From Candidatus Syntropharchaeum butanivorans (GTDB taxonomy: Archaea; Halobacteriota; Syntropharchaeia; Syntropharchaeales; Syntropharchaeaceae): 64,000 nucleotides of DNA. The position numbers were made by a program, and so were the translations under genes. Location: positions 30,945 to 94,944 of the forward strand of contig LYOR01000001.1 of assembly GCA_001766825.1 (NCBI GenBank). The letters are read 5' to 3'. Every line of letters starts with the position of its first letter. Position 1 is the first letter of the stretch. Below, one piece after another: positions 50,084-58,452 of this stretch. The notes under the pieces were generated by a model. It did no database searches, had not been told where the DNA came from, and was given only the letters and a program-made list of their open reading frames with translations.

Positions 50084-51585
50084 TGCTGCAAGATCACCGG
50101 CAAGCTCAAAAACTCACCCGGCTCTCCCCTGAGCTTCTCTGGAGCTGTTTTAACCCACTCTTTTGTGCTTGTCACAACCTCCTTGCCTGCTGCAACCGGC
50201 CCCTCTGTTACCGCAGTCTCTGCAAGTGCCCCCAAACCAACCACATCGCGCGTAAAAGCAATCGGGAACATCACCATTGATTCCGGTCCTGCACTGTGCC
50301 TGTATTTCTTCTCCCCCCATGCCTCAAGCTTGAGTACGGCCTTATGGAACGGTCGTTTTTCCTTCTCTATCTCCTTTTCAAGGGCTTCTTTTCGTAGCTT
50401 ACGCTCATGTAATTCCTTCTTCTTTGCCTCCTGCTTAACAATATACTCACGTGAATACCCGATGAGTTCGCGGTACCCCGGTGGTAGTACCTTTATCTCC
50501 TTCGGTATTTGTTCAGGGGAGGCTGTCACACGTGCTGGTGGTTGATAATATTCCATTACAGTGGGTGATGTCTCCTTCTGCTTCCCTGCCTTTTTATACC
50601 ACTCAGGTGGAGTGGTTGTCACACGTGCTGGTGTTGGGGATGGAAGGGGTTTGCCGGAACCTATTACAATATCCTCAAAACTCAGATACCCTTTCTTTTT
50701 AGGCTGCTGCTGCTTTTGTGGCTGTGGTTTTGGCTTTGGCTTTACCGGCTCTGTCCAAGTTGCTATAAGCTCATTTTGCTTGCCAAGTGAGAAGGAAAAA
50801 GGTACATCAGCGGGTATGAGCTTCTTCACATTCTTCGCAGCCTGCTCATAAGCCTGCCGGATGGATTTTGCCACAGCTTCAAACTCCTTGAGCCTACCAC
50901 CGGCCCATGCAGGAGCCTTGATGCCATATTTTTTACCACCAAACTCAACTTCTGTCCTGACCTGCTTTGCAACACGTGATGGATAATCACCACGCTCAAG
51001 CTTCCATTGAAGTATGCCAAGATACTCAGATTTGGTAGGAGGGTTTGGAAGTGGTACAAAGGTTGGCTTGCCATGCTCCCACAGCACAGTACCCCATTTA
51101 TAGCCAAGTGCTCGTGCAACATCAGGTGGGTTTGCAGCAGCACCCATCATCTGTACCTTGCCATCCTCAATCTTAACCCACATGCCGCCTGAGTGGGTTT
51201 GGGATGGCTTGATGGGGGGTCTTCGTTGTGTGGGTGTTCCTGACTCCGGGATATAGAGAATACCATACTTTGTTTGAACCTGTTTGTACCACGTGCCGCT
51301 GAGCTTTATCCTGCCCATTGGCTTTCCTCTGCCGGCCCTGTACTCCTTCATCATCTTCTCTTTTCGCTCACGCTCCCGCCGGATTCTCTTCCTCCTCCTT
51401 CTCTCACGTTCTGCCTTCTCACGTGCAATTCGCTGCTCAATCTCCCTCCTCTTCCTCTCAAGCTCTGCCTGCTGCTCTGCACGATATCGCTTGAGGGCTT
51501 CCTCACGCATGAGTGAGGGGTAGATGGGTATATCACGCTGGATATCTTGCTTCAGCTTCTGGTATTCGGATTCGCTCAGTTTCAT
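50062..51585 (-). CDS. basic coiled-coil/Pro-rich protein, N-terminal part of possible frameshift fusion
   Basis: ATG 51585 (MKLSESEY) after GAGGGAG; R/E-rich coiled coils. Confidence 0.75.
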   Translation of the reverse strand: MKLSESEYQKLKQDIQRDIPIYPSLMREEALKRYRAEQQAELERKRREIEQRIAREKAERERRRRKRIRRERERKEKMMKEYRAGRGKPMGRIKLSGTWYKQVQTKYGILYIPESGTPTQRRPPIKPSQTHSGGMWVKIEDGKVQMMGAAANPPDVARALGYKWGTVLWEHGKPTFVPLPNPPTKSEYLGILQWKLERGDYPSRVAKQVRTEVEFGGKKYGIKAPAWAGGRLKEFEAVAKSIRQAYEQAAKNVKKLIPADVPFSFSLGKQNELIATWTEPVKPKPKPQPQKQQQPKKKGYLSFEDIVIGSGKPLPSPTPARVTTTPPEWYKKAGKQKETSPTVMEYYQPPARVTASPEQIPKEIKVLPPGYRELIGYSREYIVKQEAKKKELHERKLRKEALEKEIEKEKRPFHKAVLKLEAWGEKKYRHSAGPESMVMFPIAFTRDVVGLGALAETAVTEGPVAAGKEVVTSTKEWVKTAPEKLRGEPGEFLSLPVILQQCGFLVR

Positions 51586-51696
51586 GATATCTCCCTCAAC
51601 ATTCAATCTCCACATTAAAATATGCAGATCTCTTATAAAACTGTTTGGTGTGTGATTTACAATTCAAAAAATGAAAAAAGAGGGTGATAATCCCCC

Positions 51697-51864
51697 TCAA
51701 GTGTATATTTCCACACCACAATCGTCTAATTTCTCCCTTACAAAGGGAGAACCCCGCAGCCGCTCCATAATCGTCTCAAAGATCGAAAACGCTGCATTCA
51801 AGTCATTGTCCTCGATCTCGATTGCAAGCACATCCTCGCCGATTGAAAGCTGAATCCTGGCCAT
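51697..51864 (-). CDS. small hypothetical protein (55 aa, not in ORF track)
   Basis: MARIQLSIGEDVLAIEIEDNDLNAAFSIFETIMERLRGSPFVREKLDDCGVEIYT; GGAGGA RBS; T-run downstream. Confidence 0.6.
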   Translation of the reverse strand: MARIQLSIGEDVLAIEIEDNDLNAAFSIFETIMERLRGSPFVREKLDDCGVEIYT

Positions 51865-51868
51865 TCAA

Positions 51869-52084
51869 TCATCCTCCTGGTAGATTGCAATCAGGATGAT
51901 GTATTTGGGTTTTTTTCCGGAGCATCTCTCGAAGCTCGGCGTAGGCTTCACGTCTCTGCTGCCCATTATTATGCTTCCCCGGGGGCGCATAAGTCTGAAG
52001 TTGCTCCCATGGACTGCAATTCTCGCAGAATTCGGTGCCGGCCGTCGGACACCCGCAACAGAAGCACCATGTGTCTTTCATCAT
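51869..52084 (-). CDS. small Zn-finger-like protein
   Basis: CFCC..C...CENC; GGAGGTGA RBS; overlaps the stop of the upstream gene. Confidence 0.6.
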   Translation of the reverse strand: MMKDTWCFCCGCPTAGTEFCENCSPWEQLQTYAPPGKHNNGQQRREAYAELREMLRKKTQIHHPDCNLPGG

Positions 52085-52548
52085 CTTCTATCACCTCCAT
52101 TAAAGCTAAAATCATCTTTCTCCTGGGGTGTCTTAATGTTAAAATGATGCTTTAACATTAAGACCCTCTCTCCTTCTTCTGTGAGACAGACCTTTTTGAT
52201 CTGTGGTCTCAAAATCTCGATATGTGGGTAAACACACCCTTTTTTTGTTTTAAATTCCAATTTTACAAGCCCCTTTTCTTCCAAATTTCTGAGCGACCGG
52301 CTAAAACTCACAGCAAAGCTTGGGATGTGACCCCTCCCATAGGCAAGTGCAGCAGCCGTTTTCAACCCTCTGTAATTGAGTTCCCCACCACTATCATTGA
52401 GAATCTTTAGAATTACAAGCTGTAACCTACTGAGTCTTCTATCTGGCTTGGGTGGGTTTTCCTCCTCGTTTCTCATCTTTTCCATTAAATCGAGGAAGAG
52501 GAGGTCAAGAGGAGTTTCCCCCCGATCTTTTTCTCTCCGTGGCCACAT
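52081..52548 (-). CDS. winged-helix DNA-binding protein
   Basis: LSRLQ..IL, SFSRSLRNLEEKGLV, LTEEG. Confidence 0.75.
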   Translation of the reverse strand: MWPRREKDRGETPLDLLFLDLMEKMRNEEENPPKPDRRLSRLQLVILKILNDSGGELNYRGLKTAAALAYGRGHIPSFAVSFSRSLRNLEEKGLVKLEFKTKKGCVYPHIEILRPQIKKVCLTEEGERVLMLKHHFNIKTPQEKDDFSFNGGDRR

Positions 52549-52552
52549 CCAT

Positions 52553-52834
52553 CTACCCCCTTACTTCCGACGCATCATACGTTTTAATGCATCGAAGGGA
52601 CCAGTCAAACGCTTTAACTTGGCCTATACCATGACTGGCAAGCACATACCCTTTAGGCGGGGATCCTTCGAGAACCCAGAGTTCCACCCTGTAGTTATCC
52701 TCTTCGTATGAGTCCGGTGGACTCGCTCTTAACCACGCTCGTGATGTTTCATCCTTCCCTTCATATCGTCTGACTACGACCCGCTTTGCCTTTTCAATCA
52801 GTTTTTTCATTGTTTCCTCATACATTAACATCAC
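52553..52834 (-). CDS. hypothetical protein
   Basis: GGAGGTGA RBS; in the operon after the primase-helicase. Confidence 0.6.
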   Translation of the reverse strand: MMLMYEETMKKLIEKAKRVVVRRYEGKDETSRAWLRASPPDSYEEDNYRVELWVLEGSPPKGYVLASHGIGQVKAFDWSLRCIKTYDASEVRG

Positions 52835-55775
52835 CTCCGTTCAAATCCGTGAAAATCATACCGAGAGCGCTACGGAGGGTTAGATCATTTGGATCTCTCT
52901 TGAGAAGGCCTAACAGCTGCAACTGGCTTGTCGCAGCCTCAATGAAGCTGTCCCGCTTTTTGTTGTTCAGGAGCTGCTTGTTGTGTTGTATGAAGTCTTT
53001 GAGCTTTCGTATTATTGTGTTGAGGTCATCGGTGCCGGTGATTGGATCAGCAATACCCCGACCCTTAAGGGTATGCATTTCTGCGTCCGGTTCGTCCACT
53101 TCGCCCGGGCCGGACGCACCGGGCGCAAAGGACGCAAGATTGACATTACTAAGGGGGTGGGGGTGAGAGTGATTATTGTTACTCTTTTTATAGATGTTGA
53201 TGAATCGCTCTCCTGACTTCCCGCGCTCAATCATCACTCCAATCGCTGCAAGGTTGGTCTTAAGCCGTTCAAGCTCCTCTGAAAGCCCTTTGGGCGAGCC
53301 TTTCCACTCCCTCGATCGTCTGTCCACCCCAAGCTCTTTTGCCTTAAGATTGAAAATCTGTAACAGCTCGCTTGCCGTCCCCTGCCACTGCCGTTCACCA
53401 TCCAGGAAGTTGTGTCTGATCCCCTCCTCATTAATGTAATATCTATCGTTAATCAACGCAAGCAATACACTCCCCATTATCGAGCTCTCAACGACCCGGA
53501 TATTGTCGTCACCCTTCGAGCTCAAATAATCCTCCAAGAATGTTCCTGCCTCATAACCAAGCGCTCTCAAACACGCTTCGCCCACCTCTGCGTAGTCAAA
53601 CATACGTACCTCACCCGGGATCCTGATTTTTTCGCTCTTGAGTACCCTCAGTGTCTTTGAAAGGAGATCGAGAAGCGCACCGAAGAGCTGTGGTTTTGTT
53701 GCTTCAAACACCTGTTGTAGTCCTCGCTCGCTCCTGTTATCCTCACGCCTCGTCAGTTTGAAAAATAAGCTTCGATCCACCACATCTGGCCGGTATAGTG
53801 GAATTAATATGCCGTTCAACACGATAGCCCGCTTGTAATTGTAGATCACTTCATCCTCGTCTGTATAAAGTGCCCGCTTTGTCTCTCCTGCCCCCGTGAC
53901 AGCCCTTGCGAGGACGTCTGACTGCCAGTCCCTGATCATACCCTCATTATCGAAAACTGCACAGTAATGGTGGAATAACGCAATGATCATGTCATTATCC
54001 CTCGTTGGCATCCTGAGTGTTTCAGTTTTCGATGGATCAATCAAATCTTTAATCCATTTGGAGAATGTGGTTTTTCTGGAACCGTGCTGACCGTAAAACA
54101 CTATAATCGGTCTTGGAATCTCCGGGAAGAAGTATGAGATGACCGCTGTGAGGAGAAGCCGCCTATCTCGCTCGTTTTCAATCGTGAAAAAGTCCCAAAG
54201 CCGTTCAATCCTACCACCGTGCTCCGGTCTCGCCTGTGGTCGTTGATGCTGTTCTCTTCTGAAAAGAATGGGTGGATCTGTGGTGATTCTCCACCCGCTC
54301 TCATCAATCTCAATAACCTCACCGGCCTCGTTTGCAAGGTCGTAATAGATCTTGCCGTTAAACTCACCGATCCTGTTCCACAGGTAGAATTGGCTGCCGT
54401 CAAACCTCGCAATGCCCGACAGGGTTGTTGTTGCCGTCGTCAACGCTTCATTACTCAATGTTTTTTGTTCGGCTTCCCACCACACCCGAGCGAGCCACTC
54501 TTTAAATTCACGTGATCTGATCCTCAACGCCCGTGTTCCCTTTTCGTTTTCGATGATCGCATGTGGTTCGTCGTATTGATCGCAACCGATTCCTTTGAGA
54601 AGACTCAGGGCGAGAGAAACGAGTCTGTCGTTTTGAGACTTTGGCTTTGAACCCCCTTCCTTGGTCGATTCTTCGCTTTTTGTGTTTTTCCTTTCCTTAC
54701 ACAGCTCACAGAGATGACTCACAAGAGAAGCGCAATCCCGCTGTATCGTTGCACACCTGTGAGGCCGTATCCCCCTCACCCTGGTCCGATCAATGTGTGA
54801 TTGTGTGACCGCCGAATCATAATCTGCCTGCAGTTTGAAGACCTCGTGAATCTCCTGATCTGTATATCCTGCTGCAACGAGCTCAGCAACCAGCGCAAGC
54901 CTGAAATGATGCCCATCTCCGCCTGTGAGCTGCCAGCGCTGCTCTATCGCCTGTTTAAAACACGGGCGTAGCTCCCCTTTCACCTCTGGTGGATTTGCGG
55001 GCTGTACATCTCTCTCAACCTCAAGATTCAGGATATAATCTCTCAATCGCTCATCTTCACTTCTCACAAGTGGATCAACAGCATAAGAAAGCCTGTGCGG
55101 TCTCTCTGGTGTATCCTCCCCCTTTATCGATCTGGTGCCGATCACCTTGATGATGCGCGGTAAATCACCGATGTTATCGATCTCTGCGCGATCGTTCTCA
55201 AACTTCTCTTTGATTAGCTTCTGGAATGCCTGGAGCTTTGCCTGTACCGCTTCCCTGTTCTCATCGTCAAGCTCGATGGGTGGAATTCCTGACCATAGCT
55301 GGAAGCCGTTGCCGCTCATACACTTGATGGGTCTATGGAACCCCTGAGACTCAAACCACTCGATGATCTGATCTGCAACCTCCTCAGCCTTCTCAAGCTC
55401 CTCATCCGTTGCTGGCTGCTTGCTGTCTGGTCGTCTCGCATCAACATCGATGATCGATGCATTCACAGCTGCTATATCCTCAGCCCTCCCCCTTCGCTGC
55501 TTTCGTGGATTGATACCGACATAGACGTTATAATCACCATTAAGCTGCCTGCATCGATCTACAAAGTCATCCTCGTCCTTCACAAAGTAAATTACTGGCT
55601 TCTTCTCCCCGTTCGGATCGATTCCTCGGATCTCGGTGAGTGATTGGTGTGCTAAGAATCGGTAGACCTGTCTGACAGTCAGAGCATCAAACTCTAAGCC
55701 TCCGTGTGCTGAATCGAAAGGCTTAAGTATGCTGGTATCCGGAGATGTATTTGTAAAGCTCTCATCTTTGTCCAT
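52818..55775 (-). CDS. replication protein: AEP-like primase/polymerase + Cys-rich PriL/PriCT-like domain + P-loop helicase
   Basis: IIDVD, SGNG, DLPRIIKVIGT; RPCF...HRC.TI..DC....C..C; GQHGSRKTT, AVFDN, RALYTD; ATG 55775 after GAGGTGA. Confidence 0.85.
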   Translation of the reverse strand: MDKDESFTNTSPDTSILKPFDSAHGGLEFDALTVRQVYRFLAHQSLTEIRGIDPNGEKKPVIYFVKDEDDFVDRCRQLNGDYNVYVGINPRKQRRGRAEDIAAVNASIIDVDARRPDSKQPATDEELEKAEEVADQIIEWFESQGFHRPIKCMSGNGFQLWSGIPPIELDDENREAVQAKLQAFQKLIKEKFENDRAEIDNIGDLPRIIKVIGTRSIKGEDTPERPHRLSYAVDPLVRSEDERLRDYILNLEVERDVQPANPPEVKGELRPCFKQAIEQRWQLTGGDGHHFRLALVAELVAAGYTDQEIHEVFKLQADYDSAVTQSHIDRTRVRGIRPHRCATIQRDCASLVSHLCELCKERKNTKSEESTKEGGSKPKSQNDRLVSLALSLLKGIGCDQYDEPHAIIENEKGTRALRIRSREFKEWLARVWWEAEQKTLSNEALTTATTTLSGIARFDGSQFYLWNRIGEFNGKIYYDLANEAGEVIEIDESGWRITTDPPILFRREQHQRPQARPEHGGRIERLWDFFTIENERDRRLLLTAVISYFFPEIPRPIIVFYGQHGSRKTTFSKWIKDLIDPSKTETLRMPTRDNDMIIALFHHYCAVFDNEGMIRDWQSDVLARAVTGAGETKRALYTDEDEVIYNYKRAIVLNGILIPLYRPDVVDRSLFFKLTRREDNRSERGLQQVFEATKPQLFGALLDLLSKTLRVLKSEKIRIPGEVRMFDYAEVGEACLRALGYEAGTFLEDYLSSKGDDNIRVVESSIMGSVLLALINDRYYINEEGIRHNFLDGERQWQGTASELLQIFNLKAKELGVDRRSREWKGSPKGLSEELERLKTNLAAIGVMIERGKSGERFINIYKKSNNNHSHPHPLSNVNLASFAPGASGPGEVDEPDAEMHTLKGRGIADPITGTDDLNTIIRKLKDFIQHNKQLLNNKKRDSFIEAATSQLQLLGLLKRDPNDLTLRSALGMIFTDLNGGDVNV

Positions 55776-55783
55776 ATTTTTTT

Positions 55784-56035
55784 TCACCTCCCCACAATCC
55801 TCACACCGTTGTGAGGCACGATTTGGACCAACCCTGCATTCTCCATCGCGGTGAGGAGATCCCACACCTCGCCCCTTGTGAGCCTGAAATAAGGTGAAAG
55901 AATCCTGTAAACCTCACCGAAGCGTATTATGCCTGAACGTGTCCTGTTTTTTGCTTTTTCGTCAAGTAGCTTAGTTGCTTTTACCAGGAACTTCGGTACC
56001 TGCTTCTTTTCCTCGATGAGAACTACTGGATCCAT
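55784..56035 (-). CDS. small winged-helix protein
   Basis: IRFGEVYRIL....RLTRGEV...L..ME..GLV; GGAGG RBS before ATG 56035. Confidence 0.7.
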   Translation of the reverse strand: MDPVVLIEEKKQVPKFLVKATKLLDEKAKNRTRSGIIRFGEVYRILSPYFRLTRGEVWDLLTAMENAGLVQIVPHNGVRIVGR

Positions 56036-56088
56036 GTAGGGTTCCTCCTTCTTTTTTTCCAACCTCTTCCAACCATTTCCCAAGAAAT

Positions 56089-56256
56089 TCAAAGACTCGC
56101 TGCATCCTTTTCACCTTCTGTCATCTCGAGGATCTTTCTCATCCCAGCTTCAATGAAAGCGCTCCGGGATATTACTCCGTTCCGGGTCTGTCGTGCGCGG
56201 TCAATCTTCTCAAGCACCTCGGGACTCATCGCGATGTTTACTATTTTGCGGGTCAT
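56089..56256 (-). CDS. ribbon-helix-helix (CopG-like) regulator (55 aa, not in ORF track)
   Basis: MTRKIVNIAMSPEVLEKIDRARQTRNGVISRSAFIEAGMRKILE; GGAGGT RBS. Confidence 0.8.
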   Translation of the reverse strand: MTRKIVNIAMSPEVLEKIDRARQTRNGVISRSAFIEAGMRKILEMTEGEKDAASL

Positions 56257-56339
56257 GTTTCAAACCTCCAATTTCTACAACAAAAATGGGGAAACTTATA
56301 TATATGTGTTAATAACAAATAGTTTGTTAGGTGATCGAA

Positions 56340-57125
56340 ATGCCAACGAAAACGACTCTTGAGAATATCTTAGACAAACCCAATATCCTCAAAATCCTTT
56401 GCTCCTGGGAGGGTAGGAAGGAAGAATGGCTCAGATGGAGTGAAATCAAAAAACAGACAGGTCTGGTAGATGTTGAGGTCAGCCGGGGCTTAAATGCGCT
56501 TGTTAAATTCGGGCTGCTTGAAAGAAAACTTAAGGGCAGGACTGCCTACTACAGACCGACCTTTGAGTTTATCAGAGAAATACTCAGATCCAGTGATATC
56601 GGCTTTATCAAAAAATTTCCGAAAGAAGAGATTGATCCTGGTCCCTTTGATCCTGAAAAAGGCTATTCCTCGACTATTTATACAATTCTTCCAGACCTTG
56701 ATAAGCACGAAAAAACGGAAATAGAAGAGAAACTCTCAGAGGTTTTTTCAGCCCTTGACTCTTTTGCAGAGGTGCTGAATCAAATCTTCATGAAAAAGTA
56801 TCTCACGGATCTCTACGAAAGCCTTGAAGAGAACCTCGCTGAAGTAACTGAAAAAGAGAAGTGGTTATATGAGCTGCTCGATCCGGAATCAAAACTATAC
56901 GACCTGCTCGCGGGATCAGAAAAAAACAGGAAAGGAGAGATATACAAAAAACTCATTGATATCTGTGTGGCGATGGGGCTGGAACCAACGCCCGATAACA
57001 TCGTGGCGCTTGTCCATCATATTTTTAATGCGAGAAGGAGGTATTCTTATCCCCTTGGTATCGTGTGGCGATATCAGTTTGATCTTGAGAAGCAAATTAA
57101 GAGGAGAGCTCGGGAAGGAATCTAA
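56340..57125 (+). CDS. wHTH transcriptional regulator (putative repressor)
   Basis: LRWSEIKKQTGL....VSRGL..L...GLLER......YY N-terminal wHTH; divergent from the replication operon. Confidence 0.75.
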   Translation: MPTKTTLENILDKPNILKILCSWEGRKEEWLRWSEIKKQTGLVDVEVSRGLNALVKFGLLERKLKGRTAYYRPTFEFIREILRSSDIGFIKKFPKEEIDPGPFDPEKGYSSTIYTILPDLDKHEKTEIEEKLSEVFSALDSFAEVLNQIFMKKYLTDLYESLEENLAEVTEKEKWLYELLDPESKLYDLLAGSEKNRKGEIYKKLIDICVAMGLEPTPDNIVALVHHIFNARRRYSYPLGIVWRYQFDLEKQIKRRAREGI

Positions 57126-58318
57126 AACTCAAAGAGGTCCTCCTCTCCTCTTTCCTTTACTACATTAAAAAACAACCTCTTCACGTCGGGATGTTTTTCA
57201 GCCAGCTTTTCAAGGAATGCGATCAGGACGTCTTCAAACCTGTCTTCCCTGCTGTAATCTCCATCCAGGGGCAGGTAACACCTCTTACAAAACCGCACAC
57301 CCGGCTCATTCACCTCACCACACCGCGGGCATTGGTCAGGCTTGAAAGCCGTTCCGTTCTTCCTCTTCTCATCCCTAATACCGTGCATTGCAAGAAGCGC
57401 ATCATCCACGTCCCGCCCGCTCAGGTGGACATACACCGCCGCCATCTCCGATGACTGTTCCCACCCAAAACACTCTTTCATTTGGGCCTCTGTCAGGTGA
57501 GATGCAAGGTGTGTTGCCCGTGCATGTCTGAAAGAGTGTGGATTTACCCGCTTCTTAACCCCTGCCTTTTTAGCAAGCTGCCTCAATGTCCTTGCTACAA
57601 AACCGTAGCTTAAATGCTCATTCTTCCACTTCGGGTTGTTCGGTGTCGGTATCTTCCTCCAGAGGTAAGCTTCTGGATCGTCCTTCATGGGATGCTCCTC
57701 TATCCATGCCTGAAGAGCCGGTACCGACGTGATCAGTCTCACCCTCCTGCTCCCAGTCTTCCCGTGCACATGCAGGACCGCACCATATTGATCAAACTCC
57801 AGGTGCTTGAGTCTGAGTGGCAGGAACTCCCCGATCCGGCAACCTGATTCATATAATGCAAGCACGAAAGCACGATCCCTTGTGTTGTATGCCACACCAG
57901 CCATCGCCTTGATCTCCTCCTCTGTCAGGATCTCATCAGGAAGTTTTGAGCCTGTCCTCACCGGCTTGATCTTCAGATCCTCAACAAGATCATCCTTCCC
58001 GATAAATCGCAGGTACTTTCTCAGGATGACCTTCTTATCATGCTTGGACCACTCCGAAAAATCACCCATCTCAATTGAGAGGATGAGCCGCCTGATGTCA
58101 TCCTCACCTGCCTCCCTGAATGACTTGCCAAGCTCCCTTGACAGTGGGCGTAGAGTGAATAGATATTTGAGCAGCCTGGATGACCCGATCCCATCCATCA
58201 TCGCGCTCTCACAGAACCGCCTCACATCCTCCCTGTCATCAGGATGTATGCCCTCGAGAATCTCCTCAAACTTCTCTCTAAACAGCTTATCCTGCTTATG
58301 TACATCTGCTTTAACCAT
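57122..58318 (-). CDS. tyrosine recombinase/integrase with C-terminal Zn ribbon
   Basis: ESGCRIGE (R), HGKTG (K), HSFRH (HxxR), FGW, VYVHL (Y); CPRC...CKRC. Confidence 0.95.
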   Translation of the reverse strand: MVKADVHKQDKLFREKFEEILEGIHPDDREDVRRFCESAMMDGIGSSRLLKYLFTLRPLSRELGKSFREAGEDDIRRLILSIEMGDFSEWSKHDKKVILRKYLRFIGKDDLVEDLKIKPVRTGSKLPDEILTEEEIKAMAGVAYNTRDRAFVLALYESGCRIGEFLPLRLKHLEFDQYGAVLHVHGKTGSRRVRLITSVPALQAWIEEHPMKDDPEAYLWRKIPTPNNPKWKNEHLSYGFVARTLRQLAKKAGVKKRVNPHSFRHARATHLASHLTEAQMKECFGWEQSSEMAAVYVHLSGRDVDDALLAMHGIRDEKRKNGTAFKPDQCPRCGEVNEPGVRFCKRCYLPLDGDYSREDRFEDVLIAFLEKLAEKHPDVKRLFFNVVKERGEEDLFEF

Positions 58319-58379
58319 ATCAATCCGTCCTCTGCCTCCATCGGATATATATGGCAGAGGCTTATGATGTGGTTAAAAC

Positions 58380-58392
58380 AAGCCGCTGGTGG
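58380..58392. repeat. att site (tRNA-proximal copy)
   Basis: AAGCCGCTGGTGG, overlaps the tRNA-Thr 3' end. Confidence 0.85.
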
Positions 58393-58452
58393 GATTCGAA
58401 CCCACGACCTGCTGATTACGAGTCAGCCGCTCTTCCACTAAGCCACAGCGGC
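58381..58452 (-). tRNA. tRNA-Thr(CGT)
   Basis: GCCGCTG-TGGCTTAGTGGAAGAGCG-GCTGA CT CGT AA TCAGC-AGGTC-GTGGG TTCGAAT CCCAC-CAGCGGC-T cloverleaf. Confidence 0.96.

Larger units (their letters stand above)
46940..58392. mobile_element. integrated element (provirus/satellite-like) in tRNA-Thr(CGT), ~11.45 kb
   Basis: 13-bp direct repeat AAGCCGCTGGTGG at both ends equals the tRNA 3' end; integrase, primase-helicase, regulators and capsid-like protein inside. Confidence 0.9.

Noticed and set aside
55776-55865. First 30 codons of the 1015-aa ORF
   Set aside because: Overlap the wHTH gene; a strong RBS precedes ATG 55775
57122-58318. SSV1-type split integrase
   Set aside because: The att core lies outside the ORF and the integrase appears intact
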